Shown: positions 35,780 through 49,357 of the stretch, one piece after another
Layout of the letters: each line of letters begins with the position of its first letter
How positions within the stretch are numbered: position 1 is the first letter of the stretch
DNA from: Dipteris shenzhenensis
Taxonomy: Eukaryota
Length of the DNA stretch: 64,000 nt
NCBI GenBank assembly: GCA_047967505.1
Contig: CM106538.1
Reading direction: 5' to 3' (one strand)
The notes under the pieces: model-generated
What the model was told of the DNA's origin: nothing
Database searches by the model: none
The model's input: only the letters and a program-made list of their open reading frames with translations
Program-made: the position numbers and the translations under genes

Positions 35780-37300
35780 TGCAATATACAACTGTGAACC
35801 TGATTGCTTCAGGGTCATCAGTTGTTGATTGTACATTCACATGACCTTTCTTAGCTCCTTTCTTCTTCTTCTTCTTTTTGCTTGTTGGTTGACTTTTTAT
35901 TGTGCACATGTTAGTGATAGGCAATTCTTTTGAAACCATTGTCATATTATCATCTCAGTACTATCTATTGCATTTGATGTTTCTATAGGAATTGTTCTAT
36001 GTGTATCAGTGCTTTTAGAGATGGCTTCACTTGTGTCACTACTCGATGTGGAAATGCCCAATCCTTCTCAATTGATTCTTCAATCATCATTGTAGCATCA
36101 TATACCTCTGTTATTGTTTGCAATTATAGTGATCCAATTACTATTTAATTTCTTCATGCAATCCTTTCACAAAACTTTTGAATGATTTGTGTTCTATTAA
36201 TGAGAAATTTTGCTCTATAATAGTATTTTTCATCTTGTAGAAATAGTCTGCCACAATATTCTGATTCTTTTGATTTACCTTTGGCAATGTCACTTTTTGA
36301 ATTCCATCATTTGATATTTTATGATTGCCAAAATTTGCAGGTGATGCATCCTGATTGAGATCTAGCATTTCTCCACCATCAATGACTATAAATTGTAGCA
36401 TAAAACATTTTCCTAGCATGGGTGCATAAAATATTTTCGTAGCATGGGCCATAAGCTTTGTATTTCTAGGTTCATTTTGAGGTACCAATAAGATGGTTCT
36501 ACGATGAGAGCTCAATGTGGGAACAAGTTTAAATAGTCTTCCTCTTGCCTTGAAGTGACTCCTAACCATTTTTTCTCAGACAAAGCAATGAATTTCTTGG
36601 TATTACCTTTGCCTCAAAACATCAAGTGGATCATGTTGCATATCAAGTTCTTATGGGAAATTGGGTCAATGTGGGAACAAGTTTAAATAGTCTACGTCCT
36701 ACCTTGAAGTGACTCCAAACCATTTTTTCTCAAACAAAGCAATGAATTTCTTGGGATTACCTTTGCCTCAAAACAGCAAGTGGATCATGTTGCATGTCAA
36801 GTTCTTATGGGAAATTGGCTCCAAATTTGAACCATTATATTATTGGTATACATGTTAATGTGTTCGAAGTAGTCCTTTGAAAGCTAATCCCACATTGTAT
36901 TATTGGTATACATGTCAATGTGTTCGAGGTAGTCCTTTGAAAGCTTATTATCCCACATGGGTTCCATTATGAGATATTACACCAGAAGATGAGTGGATGT
37001 CTTGTTTGAGAGCTATGAAGTACAAGGACTGTACTTGAATATCAGTTGACCATTGTTGCTTTGACCTAATAGTGAGTGCCGAGGGAATAGTTGGTCGATT
37101 TTATTCATAGTAAATCTTCAAAATACTTGAAGTGTGAATTGTATGGTCAATCAATTGGCATATGTTACTTGAACTTCTATCTAGTGCCCTAGATTAGTTG
37201 AAATGAACCTTGACATGAGCTTATTGCATGTGCTAATGAATATGTCAAGGTCTCATTGGGTCTTGATGTTGAAATTCATTAGTTGATGATGCCTTGTTGA
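35780..37300 (-). other. Decayed unidentified coding-like region with two internal tandem duplications (about 155 bp at 36511-36820, about 60 bp at 36836-36960)
   Basis: ORF 36141-36569 has protein-like composition and 35727-35945 carries a poly-Lys run. The duplications are directly visible. No family recognised. Confidence 0.35.
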
Positions 37301-37942
37301 ACAATGTTAATTTTTTGATGGTGTTGCCCTTTGAGTAATAATTGGACAAAATCCCCCAATAACTTTTAGAATTGTTGTAAGAATTTGACAAAATCACCCA
37401 ATAATTTTTAGAATTGTTGTAGAAATGTTGGCTTTGAATTTCCAAATCTGTCGACGAAGATTGCAAACAATTTTGATATGTTTTGTTGAAGTTATGCTGA
37501 TTTTTCCTATAAATTGAGCCTAAAAATGACGCAATGATTAGCCTTGGAAATGATGTCTAAAAGAAGATCGAATGTATTGGAAAATTTGTGCAAAACATTC
37601 TCTTTCACCTTGTAGAAGGTGGGCTTTGAGAAAGTCCAATTTGGGCTTTAATTGAGCAAGTTATGCCTTGTCAAAGGTAAGGTGAAAAATAGGTTTTTAG
37701 AGGGGTTGTTTAGGTGTAAATTTACCTTAAACTTTAAGTAGACTAAGCCTAAACCGGGTTAGGCAAACTACTTAAGGTATTAGCTTAGGTTACTTTAATA
37801 AATGGTTGGTTCTAGAGACCATATTTACTTAAGTTACTCTAGCTATGATTAGTTGGACCTAGCCTAGGGTTGAGCTAGGGTTGGTGCTGACCTACCATGG
37901 TGAATTCTTATCTCCCACGTGTAGGAGAGGAGAGATGACATG

Positions 37943-37945
<3 letters not shown>

Positions 37946-37994
<49 letters not shown>
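37946..37994. repeat. (CT)n microsatellite
   Basis: About 24 dinucleotide units. Confidence 0.98.
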
Positions 37995-37999
<5 letters not shown>

Positions 38000-38547
38000 C
38001 TCTCTCTTCTCTCTCAGTGTGTTAATAAGAGGACTAGTGCATCAGCGGTATGATAGAGTCGAGGGGTGAAAGATGGCAACGGTACTGTGGTTTCATGTGA
38101 CTGGTGGTTGAGCAATGGAGGTAGCATTTGAAACTAGGGAACAGTGCGGGGATCATGATTTCATGGGGGAACAATAGCTTCGAGGAGCAGGGGGCAAAAT
38201 TGGCAAGCGTGTGCCACTATGGGCATGCGGAGTGTGATGTGGTGATAGCCGGAAGTGGTAGCATACGGTGCCCAAAGGAGTGCAAGGGCAGAGACAGAAT
38301 GTGCATTGTGGCGTGCCTGAGGAGACGACCGTTGCGATGACCGAGGCACATAACACCCAAGTGGAATGACTGTGTGGTGCGCCAGTTGAGGTGCGTGCTC
38401 TAAGGTGGTGCTACCATAAGGCAAGGTCGCCGAGGCCAACCGCCCATAGTACGTGCATTGAGGTACACACCACAGCCTCCAATGGCGCATGCACCAAGCT
38501 GCACTCACCAATGCACGGCTGCTAAGGCTACATACTCCCGAGGGGGA

Positions 38548-38835
38548 TTGAGAGAGAGAGAGAGGGGGGGGGGGTGAGGGGGAGGAATAGAGAGAGGGAG
38601 GGTTTAGAGAGAGGCAAGTTAGAGAGAGGGGAAGGGGAAGAAAGTAGGGAGAAACAGGGGTGACGTGTGAGTAGACAGAGTGAGTGTGAGGGGGGGGTAG
38701 AGACAAGGTGAGTGTGTGTCAGAGAGTGGTGATGGGAGGTTAGAGAGAGGGGATAGAGGGAGGGTTAGAGAGATAGTGAGGAAGGGGCAACATGGTGGAA
38801 GAGGGTGGAGGGGAGGGGGAGGGGGAGGGGGGTGT
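38548..38835. repeat. GA/G-rich low-complexity tract
   Basis: Directly visible, with several G-runs. Confidence 0.85.
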
Positions 38836-40348
38836 GAGGACCAACAGCAAGGCAAAATATCATGGTTCTAGGTTGTTGTCAAACAAGTACAAGTATTGTG
38901 AAAGGTAGATGTGGAATATTTACATACTTTGTATGAAGCTCTTTTGAGGATGCTATGATGTTTTGAAGGGTGGAAGCTCGACTGTATCCTAAAATAAGGT
39001 AATGGGTTTATTACCCATAGTGTAATGGATTGGTAGAAAGTGTTAATGGGACATTATGTAGAGCTCTTGGGAAGATGGTTTTCTCTCATACTAGGAAGTG
39101 GGATAAGGAACTACCACTTGCTTTATGAGCTTACTAGACATTTTTTGAGGATTGGGGAGAGAGAGTGGTGTGCACAAGATAGGTAATGGTACACTACATT
39201 TCATTGATCATAAACATGAATATATACATGAGAATCCCTTAGGGTTAGGGTTAGGGTTTGACTGGCATGTGATTTGTTGAATGATGATGACAAGATAGGT
39301 CCATAAACTTGGATCCAACCACTAATTTTATATCAAGTATTAGCCATAACTACATGATGGAGCACTGAGGTTCCCCAAGTTGCTATATGGGAAAACTTGA
39401 TGATGTCAATAGCATTGGAGCTGATGTGCACATGTTGATCTCCCTAATTTGTAGAGGTGATGATTACTAAATCCAATTGTGATTCAATGTGGCATAACTA
39501 AGCCAATGTTGGAATGTCCTAAAGATTGATCTACTAATCTCAATTGCTAGTGGAAATTGAGTTTAAGTATGTTATATGCTCCAATCCCAAGGTGAAATAA
39601 GAAGTGATGGAATCACTTGAGAAGTTGAATGCACTATGGCATGTATCACCCCTGCTACTGGAGACGTGAGAGCCTTGTACTAAGGATGGAATTGCTATGA
39701 GCTTGCATGATCATTGGTGAGATCCTATAGAGTATCTCTATCATCTGATGTTGTAGTAGGTGGAGTCGGGGACCTCCATGTCCGCTCACGTTCTTAACTC
39801 GTCCTCTTCACCTCACATCTCTGCTCAATTCTCTCATTCATCCCCTTCACCTCCTCTACTACCATCCCATCCAATAAGTATTATCATTCCCTCAACTTTG
39901 GTATTGACCCTCCATCCCAAGTGGGAATACAAGTAGCTCTCTATCCATGCTTTGACACCTTCCTCCACCATCAACCTCTCCTCAACATGCTACCTCCTCT
40001 ACACAATGTGACCCTTTGCTCAGTAACTTCCATCCTCCATCACTCCCATACATCACACTCAGTGATCCCTTCCATCCTCCTTGACTCACACATCTCTTCT
40101 TTCCCCATCTATGTAATTCTTATGCACCTCAAAACTCTCAATACCTATTTTTATATTGCTTATGCACCTAGCAATTCAGCACCCTCATGGGCTATAGGGT
40201 GATGGTATTGGTAGGAAGTAATGACATTAGAGCCTTGGCATACTAGTCCATGGGTCTCAAGAGTTCAATAAGAAATATATAAGATAACACAACATCAACT
40301 AAAAGGGTATCATTTTTCTAGGGAATACAATAATTATACATACATCTT

Positions 40349-40508
40349 GGGGGGTCCATTATGTAAAAACCCCATATAGCACGTACGATCAAGGTGTATT
40401 AAAAAAACCCCCTACCTATGGATTTTTATAACTTATATACACCCCTTCTGTAAAAAAACCCTTTCATTGATTGCACATGCTATCTTACATGTTTCTTAGT
40501 GAGCCCCC
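40349..40508. mobile_element. MITE-like dispersed repeat, copy 2
   Basis: GGGGGGTCC...GTAAAAACCCCATATAGCAC...GCACATGCTATCTTACATGTTTCTTAGTGAGCCCCC. Confidence 0.55.
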
Positions 40509-41229
40509 AGGACATATGTAAGGGGGGTTTCTATTCAAAAATGGAAAGTTTCCATATAGAAGGGCTACTTTTATCATCTCAAAATTTAAACAAGGCGTGT
40601 CCATAGGTTATTACAATCCATAGGTAGGGGGCTTTTCAAGTACCCCAAAAATGCATTTTGTTGTATGGGATTTCTACATAGTGACCCATCTTCATGGGAG
40701 ATGAATTGATATGGTGGGTGCCCTTGGTAGATAGCAAGAAATGTGATATAGTATTGTAAATCTATGGAAACCAATATTACCATAAGTCCCTTTTTCGACA
40801 CATGAGTAATGTTTTTTTAGTGAAAATGGTGAGCATATATATAAGCATCGAAAAAGTTCTAGGAAAAAGTGATGATATGATCATCAATATAAGTGCCTAT
40901 AAGTATACCTTAAAAGTATGGTTTTGCAAATGTCTAAGATTTTTTTTGCCTCTATTTCATATGGTATAGTGTACTACATACCATGCATTGCTAGTCTAGT
41001 TCGTGTCCTTTTGAAGACTGCATACAAAGCATTGGACATTCTTGCATTTGTCATTTACTATGACATTTTGCATCTATCCCTCAACCTCTACATCTTCAAA
41101 GACATGTCCACTTCTTCGATACAATTGAGTTACCTATCATCAGGTGTTTCCAATAAATCCAGTTGGAAAAGAATGTGGCATTCAACTATGTTATGTGTAT
41201 CAAAAATTTAAAACTCCATGATTTAAACA

Positions 41230-41720
41230 ATCAAATAAGAATACCACAACAATGTATATTCTCACATTGATAAGATAGCATAAATGTATCCATAGAGTCA
41301 CAAAGATGTACTCGTCCAAAATACACAAATCTATCTATAAGGTCATCCAATTTTGTTCGATCTATTCTCATAGTTCCTTGAGCTTCTTTACATGTGATTT
41401 TGAACCATTTTACATCCAATATATAAGCATGTTAGACTCTCAAAAACCAATTTTCATAATATCTTGTATCATTCTAAGGTAATCCAACTTATATAGCATG
41501 TTAAACTTTCAAAATCTCATATTCGCAATATCTTATATAGGTAATCGAACCCACTTCCCATTATTTGAGTATCCTTTGCACTAGCTAGACTCTTGGGTGA
41601 ATTTTGCGATGAATCCATGATCAAATGTGTCATGCTTTACATCAACCTTAATACCACAAAAGTAAAACTCATGAGACCACATCACATTGAATACAACATA
41701 TTGAAATAGAACATGAAAAG
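41230..41720 (-). mobile_element. CACTA/EnSpm transposase C-terminal remnant (DUF4216-like)
   Basis: VMWSHEFYF...HDTFDHGFIAKFTQ, then DVKWFK...DTFMLSYQCE, the layout of the TnpD C-terminal domain. Heavily decayed. Confidence 0.6.
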
Positions 41721-42389
41721 AGGGAGATTATATTTTAGATGCTTGATGCTGTTTCCAACTTTGCATGACAACCATAAAAGCACAAGATGTCAACTTAAAT
41801 AAATATCACACCCTTGGCAATTTTTCACACTCTACTACTCATGATCTCTTCCCAATAAGGAAGGCTATAGAATATAAGAATCCTAGATATATGCCATGTT
41901 AGGGTCCATCATTCCGTGAGTTGATCTTTTCCCTTTAGTAAACGAAGGTGCTTCTAGAATTTTAAACCCACCCAATGACGCATTTTTGGATACAAATTGT
42001 GCCCAACACTATGCTTCATTTATCTAAGACATGCATTCAAGTCATGGGAAAAAACAAATGTGGAAATCAAGAAAAATTTTAAAAACATAGTAGATATATA
42101 GATTGTAAGTCTATGGAGGCTCAATCCCAACATCTACACAAAAAGTGTGATGCTAGATTCATGTGCCATGCTAGAACTCTCGCAATAGTCCACCTCTACA
42201 TTTTGGTGAGGCATAAACTAAGTGTGGCAAGAAGAGATATACTAATCAAAGATGAGGGGTGAGAATATGGAGAAGAGTAAGGAAGTGATAGAACCATGGA
42301 GGGAGTGGAGGTAAAAGAGAAGGGAATATGGAAGGAAGTTCAATTGCTTGACACATGACCGATTTTCATTGCACTATGCTATTTCCTCG

Positions 42390-42500
42390 GAACACATCAT
42401 CATATGCATTACGAAGTTCTCTAGGAATGGAGAGATCCTCCTCCTAGGCGACTTCAATGAGCGCACAGGGTGTAGACAACTTGGTTTTCTTGACTTAGGA
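42390..42500 (+). mobile_element. Non-LTR retrotransposon APE endonuclease fragment
   Basis: GEILLLGDFNERTG matches the LINE endonuclease motif GDFNARTG. Confidence 0.6.
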
Positions 42501-43500
42501 TCTGCCCCCATTGAGTACCAGAGAGATTGAAAGGAATGAGTAAGAGGGCCTTCATATAATAACGAGAGAGGAAGGGGGAAATATAAATGACAATATCTAC
42601 ATGTTTGAGCTATCTCCCGTCAAGCAAGAGCCCCAGTTTATAGCCAATTGTCCATCAATTCATTGCAATCACACATACACAAGGTGGGTATGGTAATCTT
42701 CCATGTGGACATAAGGACCAAAACCCCTCAATAAGGTGTGATATGCGTTACTGCATATTTTTACAGAAATCAAATCCCAATATCCAATCTCAGTGTTGGG
42801 TGACTCACACAAATAACACATAGGAGAAAAAGTAGAGGGTTGTAACAAAGGTGCTTGCCACCTCATCCTATTTTCTATACTACAAAATACTATTTGCTTA
42901 GAGTATGCATAGCTCCTACATAATGCACTCATGGGGCCATCCATGTGGAGGGGTAGGCACAAGTGAGAGCTTGCTGTCTCAAACATGGGCCATATGCTCT
43001 CTCATTTATCTTATGCATCAACATCATATTGCATATGATTTAAACAAACAAAATATTATTGGTCATTTTTGAACGATTATAATGTGTGCCTTTCTTAAGT
43101 GTCCTGTTGAATTTTCATATATCATGGTTAGGCATTTTGTAGATGCTACAAGTTGCTACAATCAACAATCATATAGATATTGTCTTCTTGAAAGCTCTTA
43201 GTAAGCACATGGCATGTACATGCTATCCTTGAAAGCTCATAATAAGCACATGGCACGTGATTGTTTCCTTGGATAATCTACTTTATCTAATAATAAGGTG
43301 ATTGAGTTCTAATGGTTTGGATGGGAGGATGAGCAATGAAAAGGATTAAGTTTATGTCCCCACAACCCTCTTTTCACTTTTGTGCCTTGGAGCTTTGCAC
43401 AATGACAATTCCATGTGTTGCCATGTATGTTCTCACTAGCATGGTGAGTCCCCCTAAATTTTTGGTTAAGTGGGGTAGGTTAGCATTTCACTAGTGCATT

Positions 43501-43660
43501 GGGGGCACTTCGTAAAAACCCCATATAGCACATGCGATCACTCAAGGGATATTTATATACCCCTCATACCCCTAAATTATGTATATTTTCTATAATTCCA
43601 CAAGAGAACCCCTGCTATTGCATGCACATGCTATCTTACATATTTCTTAGTGACCACCCC
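43501..43660. mobile_element. MITE-like dispersed repeat, copy 3
   Basis: GGGGGCACTTCGTAAAAACCCCATATAGCAC...GCACATGCTATCTTACATATTTCTTAGTGACCACCCC. Confidence 0.55.
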
Positions 43661-44584
43661 AAAGGCAATTGCGAACTATGGAGCTAACCTTTGCATAATT
43701 TTAGTCGTAATTACGACTCAAGCAATGCCTTTATGAGACAAAAGTGGGATAAGTAAGCTATTCCACTTTATCATTGCACTCAAAAGCCTACATGTCTCAT
43801 ACACAAGGATGACTTTTTCTTTTTAGTTTCATTAAGAAGTGAAACTTATATATTGGTGTTGAAAGTTTATATGATAACTGCTTAAAACATTCGCCAAGAT
43901 TTGAAACTTTTATGCAAAAAAAAATAAAGTTTTGCCAAGATTTACATATTTTTCTTTAAATTCAAAATAAAATATATAGAAATGTATTATGTTCTATCAA
44001 TATTTTGAAACTAAAAAAACTAGGTCGATAAACTTAAGTGCTAACATTGAATTTCTAATAGACTTCAGTAGCCCTTAACTCTTATGTACAACCTTGAATA
44101 CCTTATGGGGGATTTACACTTTCTATAGGCACATGGAACTTGGACTTGAGAGAAGATCGATTGAACAAGTATGAGATATATTAGTGGCCTTGTAAAAGCT
44201 CTAAAGTTCACATTCATCTATATGCCTTTATGGTGTTGGGGAATGGCTTAGACATATTATTTCCATAGGCACATGGAACATGGTAAGTTGCTACTCTAGC
44301 CTTGACAATGTGAGCAATGGAGACGAATGAGGATGCAAGCCTTGGTGACTTGATTCTTAATTTGAGGTAGTTCATAGAAGCCCATTATGGTCCATTGGAT
44401 GAAGAGTCAAATTTTGAGTTGGCAATGTAGCTTAGCCACCTGGGAGGGGACATTCACTAAATTATTGAGGAGATGGCTCATTGAGAGAGTGACAACATTG
44501 ATTACGTGGGAAAGATAGACAAGAAGCTTCTTTTTCAAAAGGAAATGGCTAGTGATCTAAGCGAAGATGTCATCAATCTTGTTA

Positions 44585-44850
44585 TCGTGTCATGATTCAT
44601 AGGCATCTTGTCACACCATCACCTTCATACCTTTTATAATGGCACTTTGCTTGGTGATGCATGACTTGAGGAAGTTCACACACTTGCATAATACCTAAAG
44701 CAAACAATGGAGTGTATTGTCCAAAGCATGGTGGGACATGACTAGTAGGGGATTGAAGTGTACTTGGTGATAAGGTGTTGCAATTTTTTATTGGAAAATA
44801 CTTATATAGAGTTTCAAGATAGCACGTGGGTAATGATCTGAGGCACTTGT
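44585..44850 (+). mobile_element. Possible very old Ty3/gypsy integrase remnant
   Basis: Traces CHDS*ASCH, MHDLRKFT and DKV.QF.LEN resemble the HHCC and core regions. Weak. Confidence 0.3.
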
Positions 44851-46702
44851 ACAATTATTCACACAAAAGGGTCCCATGGTAGAATCTTATAGACCTACTA
44901 TGGAGGGCTCCAAGTCTTTAGTAAAGTCTTCTTTGATGTGGGGACGTGGTCCTCAAAGGTTTGTCAATTCTTTCATGAGGGTGTTAGTCAAGTATTTTGT
45001 GAGGGGTTTGTCAAGTATATCATGAGGGTTAGTGAAGTATTTGATGAGGGGTTTGTGGTCAAATTGCCCTAGTTTATTAAATCAAATAAAATTATAATAT
45101 ACAAGTCTTTCATGGGGTAGTCATGTATTTTGCGAAGGGTTCATGGTCAAATTGGCCTAGTTTATTGAAGAAAATAAAAATTATACTACGAGTTTGTGAG
45201 AGGCATAAGGAATTATGCCCTAGTAGCTTTACCTGTGTTATTCAATTGCACTTAAGTTCATTATTAAGTGCTACCCTTTCCCTCCCTTGAATATAGTTTC
45301 TATTGTTTTTGAAGCTAAGTTCCCAAGAGCTTAGCCTATGAAGGTGATTTGGCCAAAATGTGGTTATCAGAGCTAGTTGGTTTCGATTGAGGTTTTGTTC
45401 TCAGTAGAGCTTTTGAATAGCGATTAAAAGTTACCCAAAAGCCTAGCCCACAGGGAAGACAAATCTTGGCACAGTTTTGTTGATTTGAGTTGATGAATTG
45501 TCGAAGAAAGAGTCTTAGCCTTCCTAGCACAAAACTTAAGTTGTTGATCTTACGCCTAAAATAGGTCAAGAGGAAAGTTGGCCTTTTTTTGTCAGGTCTA
45601 CTTAATGGAAAGGTCACCATGTTTTGCCTAATGATCGTTCCATTAAGGGATCTGAGCAACATGGGTCGTTGGACGATGTGGATTTCGAGTCGCACCTAGG
45701 CGTGAGCAAAAGTTCGGGGGGCCTCCTTGTAGCGCCCAATCTAGTGTTGGGCTATAGAGGCAGGGGATTAGATTTGAAACCCTCGCTGGGCGTGGAGACA
45801 ATCGAGCCAAATTCTATTTGTTGTCTTACAAAGGCAGCAGTATTACTTATTCAGACTTGGTTCTTGATGGACAAAGGTTTTGAGGTCCCACAGATCACTT
45901 GGTGTGCACTGTGGATGAGGGGTCGGTGAAAACCCAAGAGTGAAGATTGTAACGAGAGAATCTAGGGTCCTGAAGGGAAGTACTTGAGTTGATGCTTGAA
46001 GGTGGGACACTGGACTGGACTGGCCTCGTTACTCAATGCTGGTCGGTGCCTCAATCTGGAGCCTTTCATTGGATCTCATCCATCAGTCATCAGCTCCTGT
46101 CACCTTGTCCCAGTGAAGTAGCAGCTTTTAGAGCTTGCAATGGCTCTCCCCTCGAGTAGAGTATGTACTACTGCACTGTAGAACCCCAGTAGAAGAGGAA
46201 TAAAAGAGAGGGGGCGTAAAGCCAGAAGCTTGGCTCTGGTGCCCGAGCAAAAGGTGAGAACAGCAGCTGAGGACTGAGAAGAAGAGGAGGGAGACCGGTA
46301 ACGCTAGCGCCATAACTTTGGTGGAGAAGGGTAAAAGGGTGGCGGGTTCTCGAGTCAACTTTCAAGAGAAGAATAAATTTTTCGGAACCGATGCCCTTTT
46401 GGAGTGTGCCGTAGGAGCTGGAGCTCGTTGCGAGGAGAAGGACGGAGCGCTTCCTCTTGTGTCGCCAGAGATGAGGTCCCGGCAGTCGTCCTCCTAGCTC
46501 TTTTTGTTAATCGGGTTACGAGTAGCGGAGACACGACGAGAAGGGATCGACGCCCCGTTGTCGCGAAGCTCTCCTGATTAGCTGAAGACTCGGCCGTACG
46601 GCGAGGTGTTGGCGTCTCTGAAGTTTGTTCCTCCGCGCCCATTATATTCTGCGTGGTCGAGCACAGGAGAGGCAGGAGCTGCAACAAGCGGAGGGAGGGA
46701 GC

Positions 46703-46704
<2 letters not shown>

Positions 46705-46739
<35 letters not shown>
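46705..46739. repeat. (GA)n microsatellite about 45 bp upstream of the MYC start codon
   Basis: About 17 GA units, probably in the 5' UTR; potential BBR/BPC GAGA-factor site. Confidence 0.9.
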
Positions 46740-46743
<4 letters not shown>

Positions 46744-46783
46744 AAGAAAGAGCGCTAATAATTGAAGCGATAGAAGGAGGGCG

Positions 46784-49357
46784 ATGGAGAGCATGATGCA
46801 ATTCTGGGACGACGACAACGCGTTGCTGGAAGCGTTCACGGGCTCATACAATGAGGAGCTGCTGTGGCCGGTGATCGCGACAGACGACGCAACAGAAGCA
46901 GCAGGAGCAGCAGCAACGCAAGGAGGAGGAGGAGGAGGAGGAGCCATGGCAACAACAACAGCAGCAGCAAGAGGAGGAGGAGGAGGAGGTTGTTCTCCTC
47001 CACCTGCTCTTCCTGCTGCTGCGCCAACTGCTCCTCCTCCTCGTCCTCCAAGCTATGGCGAGGACACGCTGCAGCAGCGGCTACAATTGGTGGTGGAGGG
47101 CTCGGCGCCGCCGTGGACGTATGCGATTTTCTGGCAGGTGACGAGGTCGGGGAAGGGGGAGAGGGTGCTGGGGTGGGGGGACGGGTACTTCAATCCGAGG
47201 GACGGAGAGCAGCAGCAGGCGATGGCGAGGGGTGAAGAAGAAGGAGAAGAAGAAGCAGCAGCTATGGCGGGAGCTGGAGGACGGAAAGGAGAGAAGCAGC
47301 AGCTGAGGAGACGAATTCTGAGAGATCTGCAAGCTTTGATAGGAGAGAAGAACGACGGAGAAGACGAAGATCCGTCGTCGTCGTCGTTGGATGCGTTGGA
47401 AGCGGACGTGACGGATTCCGAATGGTTCTATTTGGTGTCGATGATGTGTTCATTTCCGTTGAGTGTTTCTGCGTCACCCGCCATAGCTTTTTCTTCGTCG
47501 AGCTCGCTATGGATTCTCTGCTCTTCATCTCCTCACTGCCCTCGCTCGCAGCTCGCCCTCCGCTTCGGCATCCTCACCCTCTCCTTCCTCCCCCTCCCCT
47601 CCGGCGTCCTCGAGCTTGGCTCCTCCTCCCACCTCCCCTCCCCTCCCCTCCCCCTCCTCCATCGTATCCATTCCTTCTTCTCCGATCCCTTCCCTCCTTC
47701 CCCCCCTTCCCCCGCCCCCCCCCCTCCCCCTTTTTTCTCCCTCGGTCTCTCCCCCTCCTCCAGCCCCTCCTCTGACCTCGCCTCTGCCTTCTCCTCTGCC
47801 CCCGGCCTCCCCTGCCCCAGCGATGGCTTTTCCTCCGCCGCTCACCTCTCCAGACAATATACCTCCTCTTCCGCCAGTAACCACCTCCTGGATCGCTTCG
47901 CGTTCGACCAGGCCTCCCTGCCCACGACTACCAGCGCCAGCAATCCCCTCCCCTACGGATTTCGTCCGCAAGGACTCCCCAATTCGAGCTGCGCGCTCCC
48001 GCATCAAGGCCCGCCGCTGCTTCCGATGGCGTGGCCGTCGACGGGCGACAAGAGGATGCAGATTGCTCAGAAGGACACGTTCACGGCTGCAAGCGAGCTC
48101 AAACTCTCGCATTCTGATGAAAGCTCGCTTCTGTCTCAGACAAGCGAAGTGGCAGATTCAAGGCGAGCGCTGGCTAATTTTCAGGGCCACAAGCAAGGCG
48201 TGAGGTGTCATGAAGTCGAGAGCTATAACAACCCCTCTACGGGAAGCCATCCTCAAATCCTGCATCTCCAAAAGCCTTCCGGAACTCAGATCTACAATCA
48301 CAGTTTAGTCGCAGCCTGCACTCAAGGGGATAGTCAGAAACCTGTGGAAATTCTTCCAGAAATCCAGCGTAGCAGGTCGTCGATGCAAAGCAACAACCAT
48401 GCTATCAACGCTTCGTATCTGCATGAATCGAGGCTTGCAGACATGCAGTCCTATCCAGCAGTGAAACTGTCCAAGCCTGGAAGCCAGAGCCAGCCTCCTC
48501 CTTCAGCTCTACACTCAAATTTATTGGACGCTGCAAGGGTAGGGCTCGGGCAGCAGGCTGGAGCACAAAATAGCATCATGAATGCTGTTGTACCGAGTCT
48601 AGCAAATGGAAGGGTTCGATCTAGTGTAGAATCAGAGCATTCTGATGTGGAGGCTCCATTCAAGGAGATGGACTGCAGCCCAGCAATGCTGGAAAGGAAG
48701 CCTCGCAAGAGAGGAAGAAAGCCTGCAAATGGCAGGGAAGAGCCTCTGAGTCATGTAGAGGCTGAACGCCAAAGAAGAGAGAAGCTGAACAGGCGATTCT
48801 ATGCCTTAAGGGCAGTTGTACCCAATGTTTCCAAGATGGACAAAGCCTCACTGTTGGGAGATGCTGTATCATATATAGAAGAGCTTAGATCCAAGGTCCA
48901 GGAGCTGGAAATTGAAAAGAAGGAGCTCATTGCTCAAGCAGGAGCTCGTTCCCAGGATAATACTTCAGCAGAGGCCTTACCTTCTCATTCGGATCATCAT
49001 CCTGAGTCCATAGCTCCCTTGAAAGAACAGAGTAGCTGCACCAGTCTAAATGCCCAGGTCAGCTATTCTCTGCCCTGTGAACATCACCAGTTGACCCCAA
49101 AAGTGCAATTGCTTCCAGGCAAAGAGGCCATCATCCGAGTTGAAAGCCCCAGAGAGAATCATCCAGTAGCAAGGGTTATGTTGGCCTTGAAGGAGCTGCA
49201 GCTTGAAGTTTATCATTCAAATGTAGCTGTCGTTCAAGACACGGTGTATCAGACAACTATAGTTAAGCTGACAGGTCCAAATGATTTCAGTGAAGAGCAG
49301 CTGGCAGCTGCAATCTCCGTAAGAGGAAGCGATTGCAATTGCAAGAGTTCCTTCTAG
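46784..49357 (+). CDS. MYC2: MYC2-like bHLH transcription factor (subgroup IIIe/d, jasmonate signalling), intronless, 857 aa
   Basis: bHLH-MYC_N region (TLQQRLQ...WTYAIFWQ...LGWGDGYF...[13 protein letters not shown]), ESEHSD, b[59 protein letters not shown], and a C-terminal ACT-like domain (EAIIRVES...[16 protein letters not shown]). The symbol denotes the family; strict orthology is untested. Confidence 0.95.
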   Translation: MESMMQFWDDDNALLEAFTGSYNEELLWPVIATDDATEAAGAAATQGGGGGGGAMATTTAAARGGGGGGCSPPPALPAAAPTAPPPRPPSYGEDTLQQRLQLVVEGSAPPWTYAIFWQVTRSGKGERVLGWGDGYFNPRDGEQQQAMARGEEEGEEEAAAMAGAGGRKGEKQQLRRRILRDLQALIGEKNDGEDEDPSSSSLDALEADVTDSEWFYLVSMMCSFPLSVSASPAIAFSSSSSLWILCSSSPHCPRSQLALRFGILTLSFLPLPSGVLELGSSSHLPSPPLPLLHRIHSFFSDPFPPSPPSPAPPPPPFFSLGLSPSSSPSSDLASAFSSAPGLPCPSDGFSSAAHLSRQYTSSSASNHLLDRFAFDQASLPTTTSASNPLPYGFRPQGLPNSSCALPHQGPPLLPMAWPSTGDKRMQIAQKDTFTAASELKLSHSDESSLLSQTSEVADSRRALANFQGHKQGVRCHEVESYNNPSTGSHPQILHLQKPSGTQIYNHSLVAACTQGDSQKPVEILPEIQRSRSSMQSNNHAINASYLHESRLADMQSYPAVKLSKPGSQSQPPPSALHSNLLDAARVGLGQQAGAQNSIMNAVVPSLANGRVRSSVESEHSDVEAPFKEMDCSPAMLERKPRKRGRKPANGREEPLSHVEAERQRREKLNRRFYALRAVVPNVSKMDKASLLGDAVSYIEELRSKVQELEIEKKELIAQAGARSQDNTSAEALPSHSDHHPESIAPLKEQSSCTSLNAQVSYSLPCEHHQLTPKVQLLPGKEAIIRVESPRENHPVARVMLALKELQLEVYHSNVAVVQDTVYQTTIVKLTGPNDFSEEQLAAAISVRGSDCNCKSSF

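Noticed and set aside
39239-39259. Interstitial telomere (TTAGGG x3)
   Set aside because: Too short; such motifs occur sporadically in plant repeats.
46355-48872. Overlapping and antisense ORFs around the MYC gene
   Set aside because: Expected shadows of a GC-rich, skewed CDS, with no recognisable motifs.
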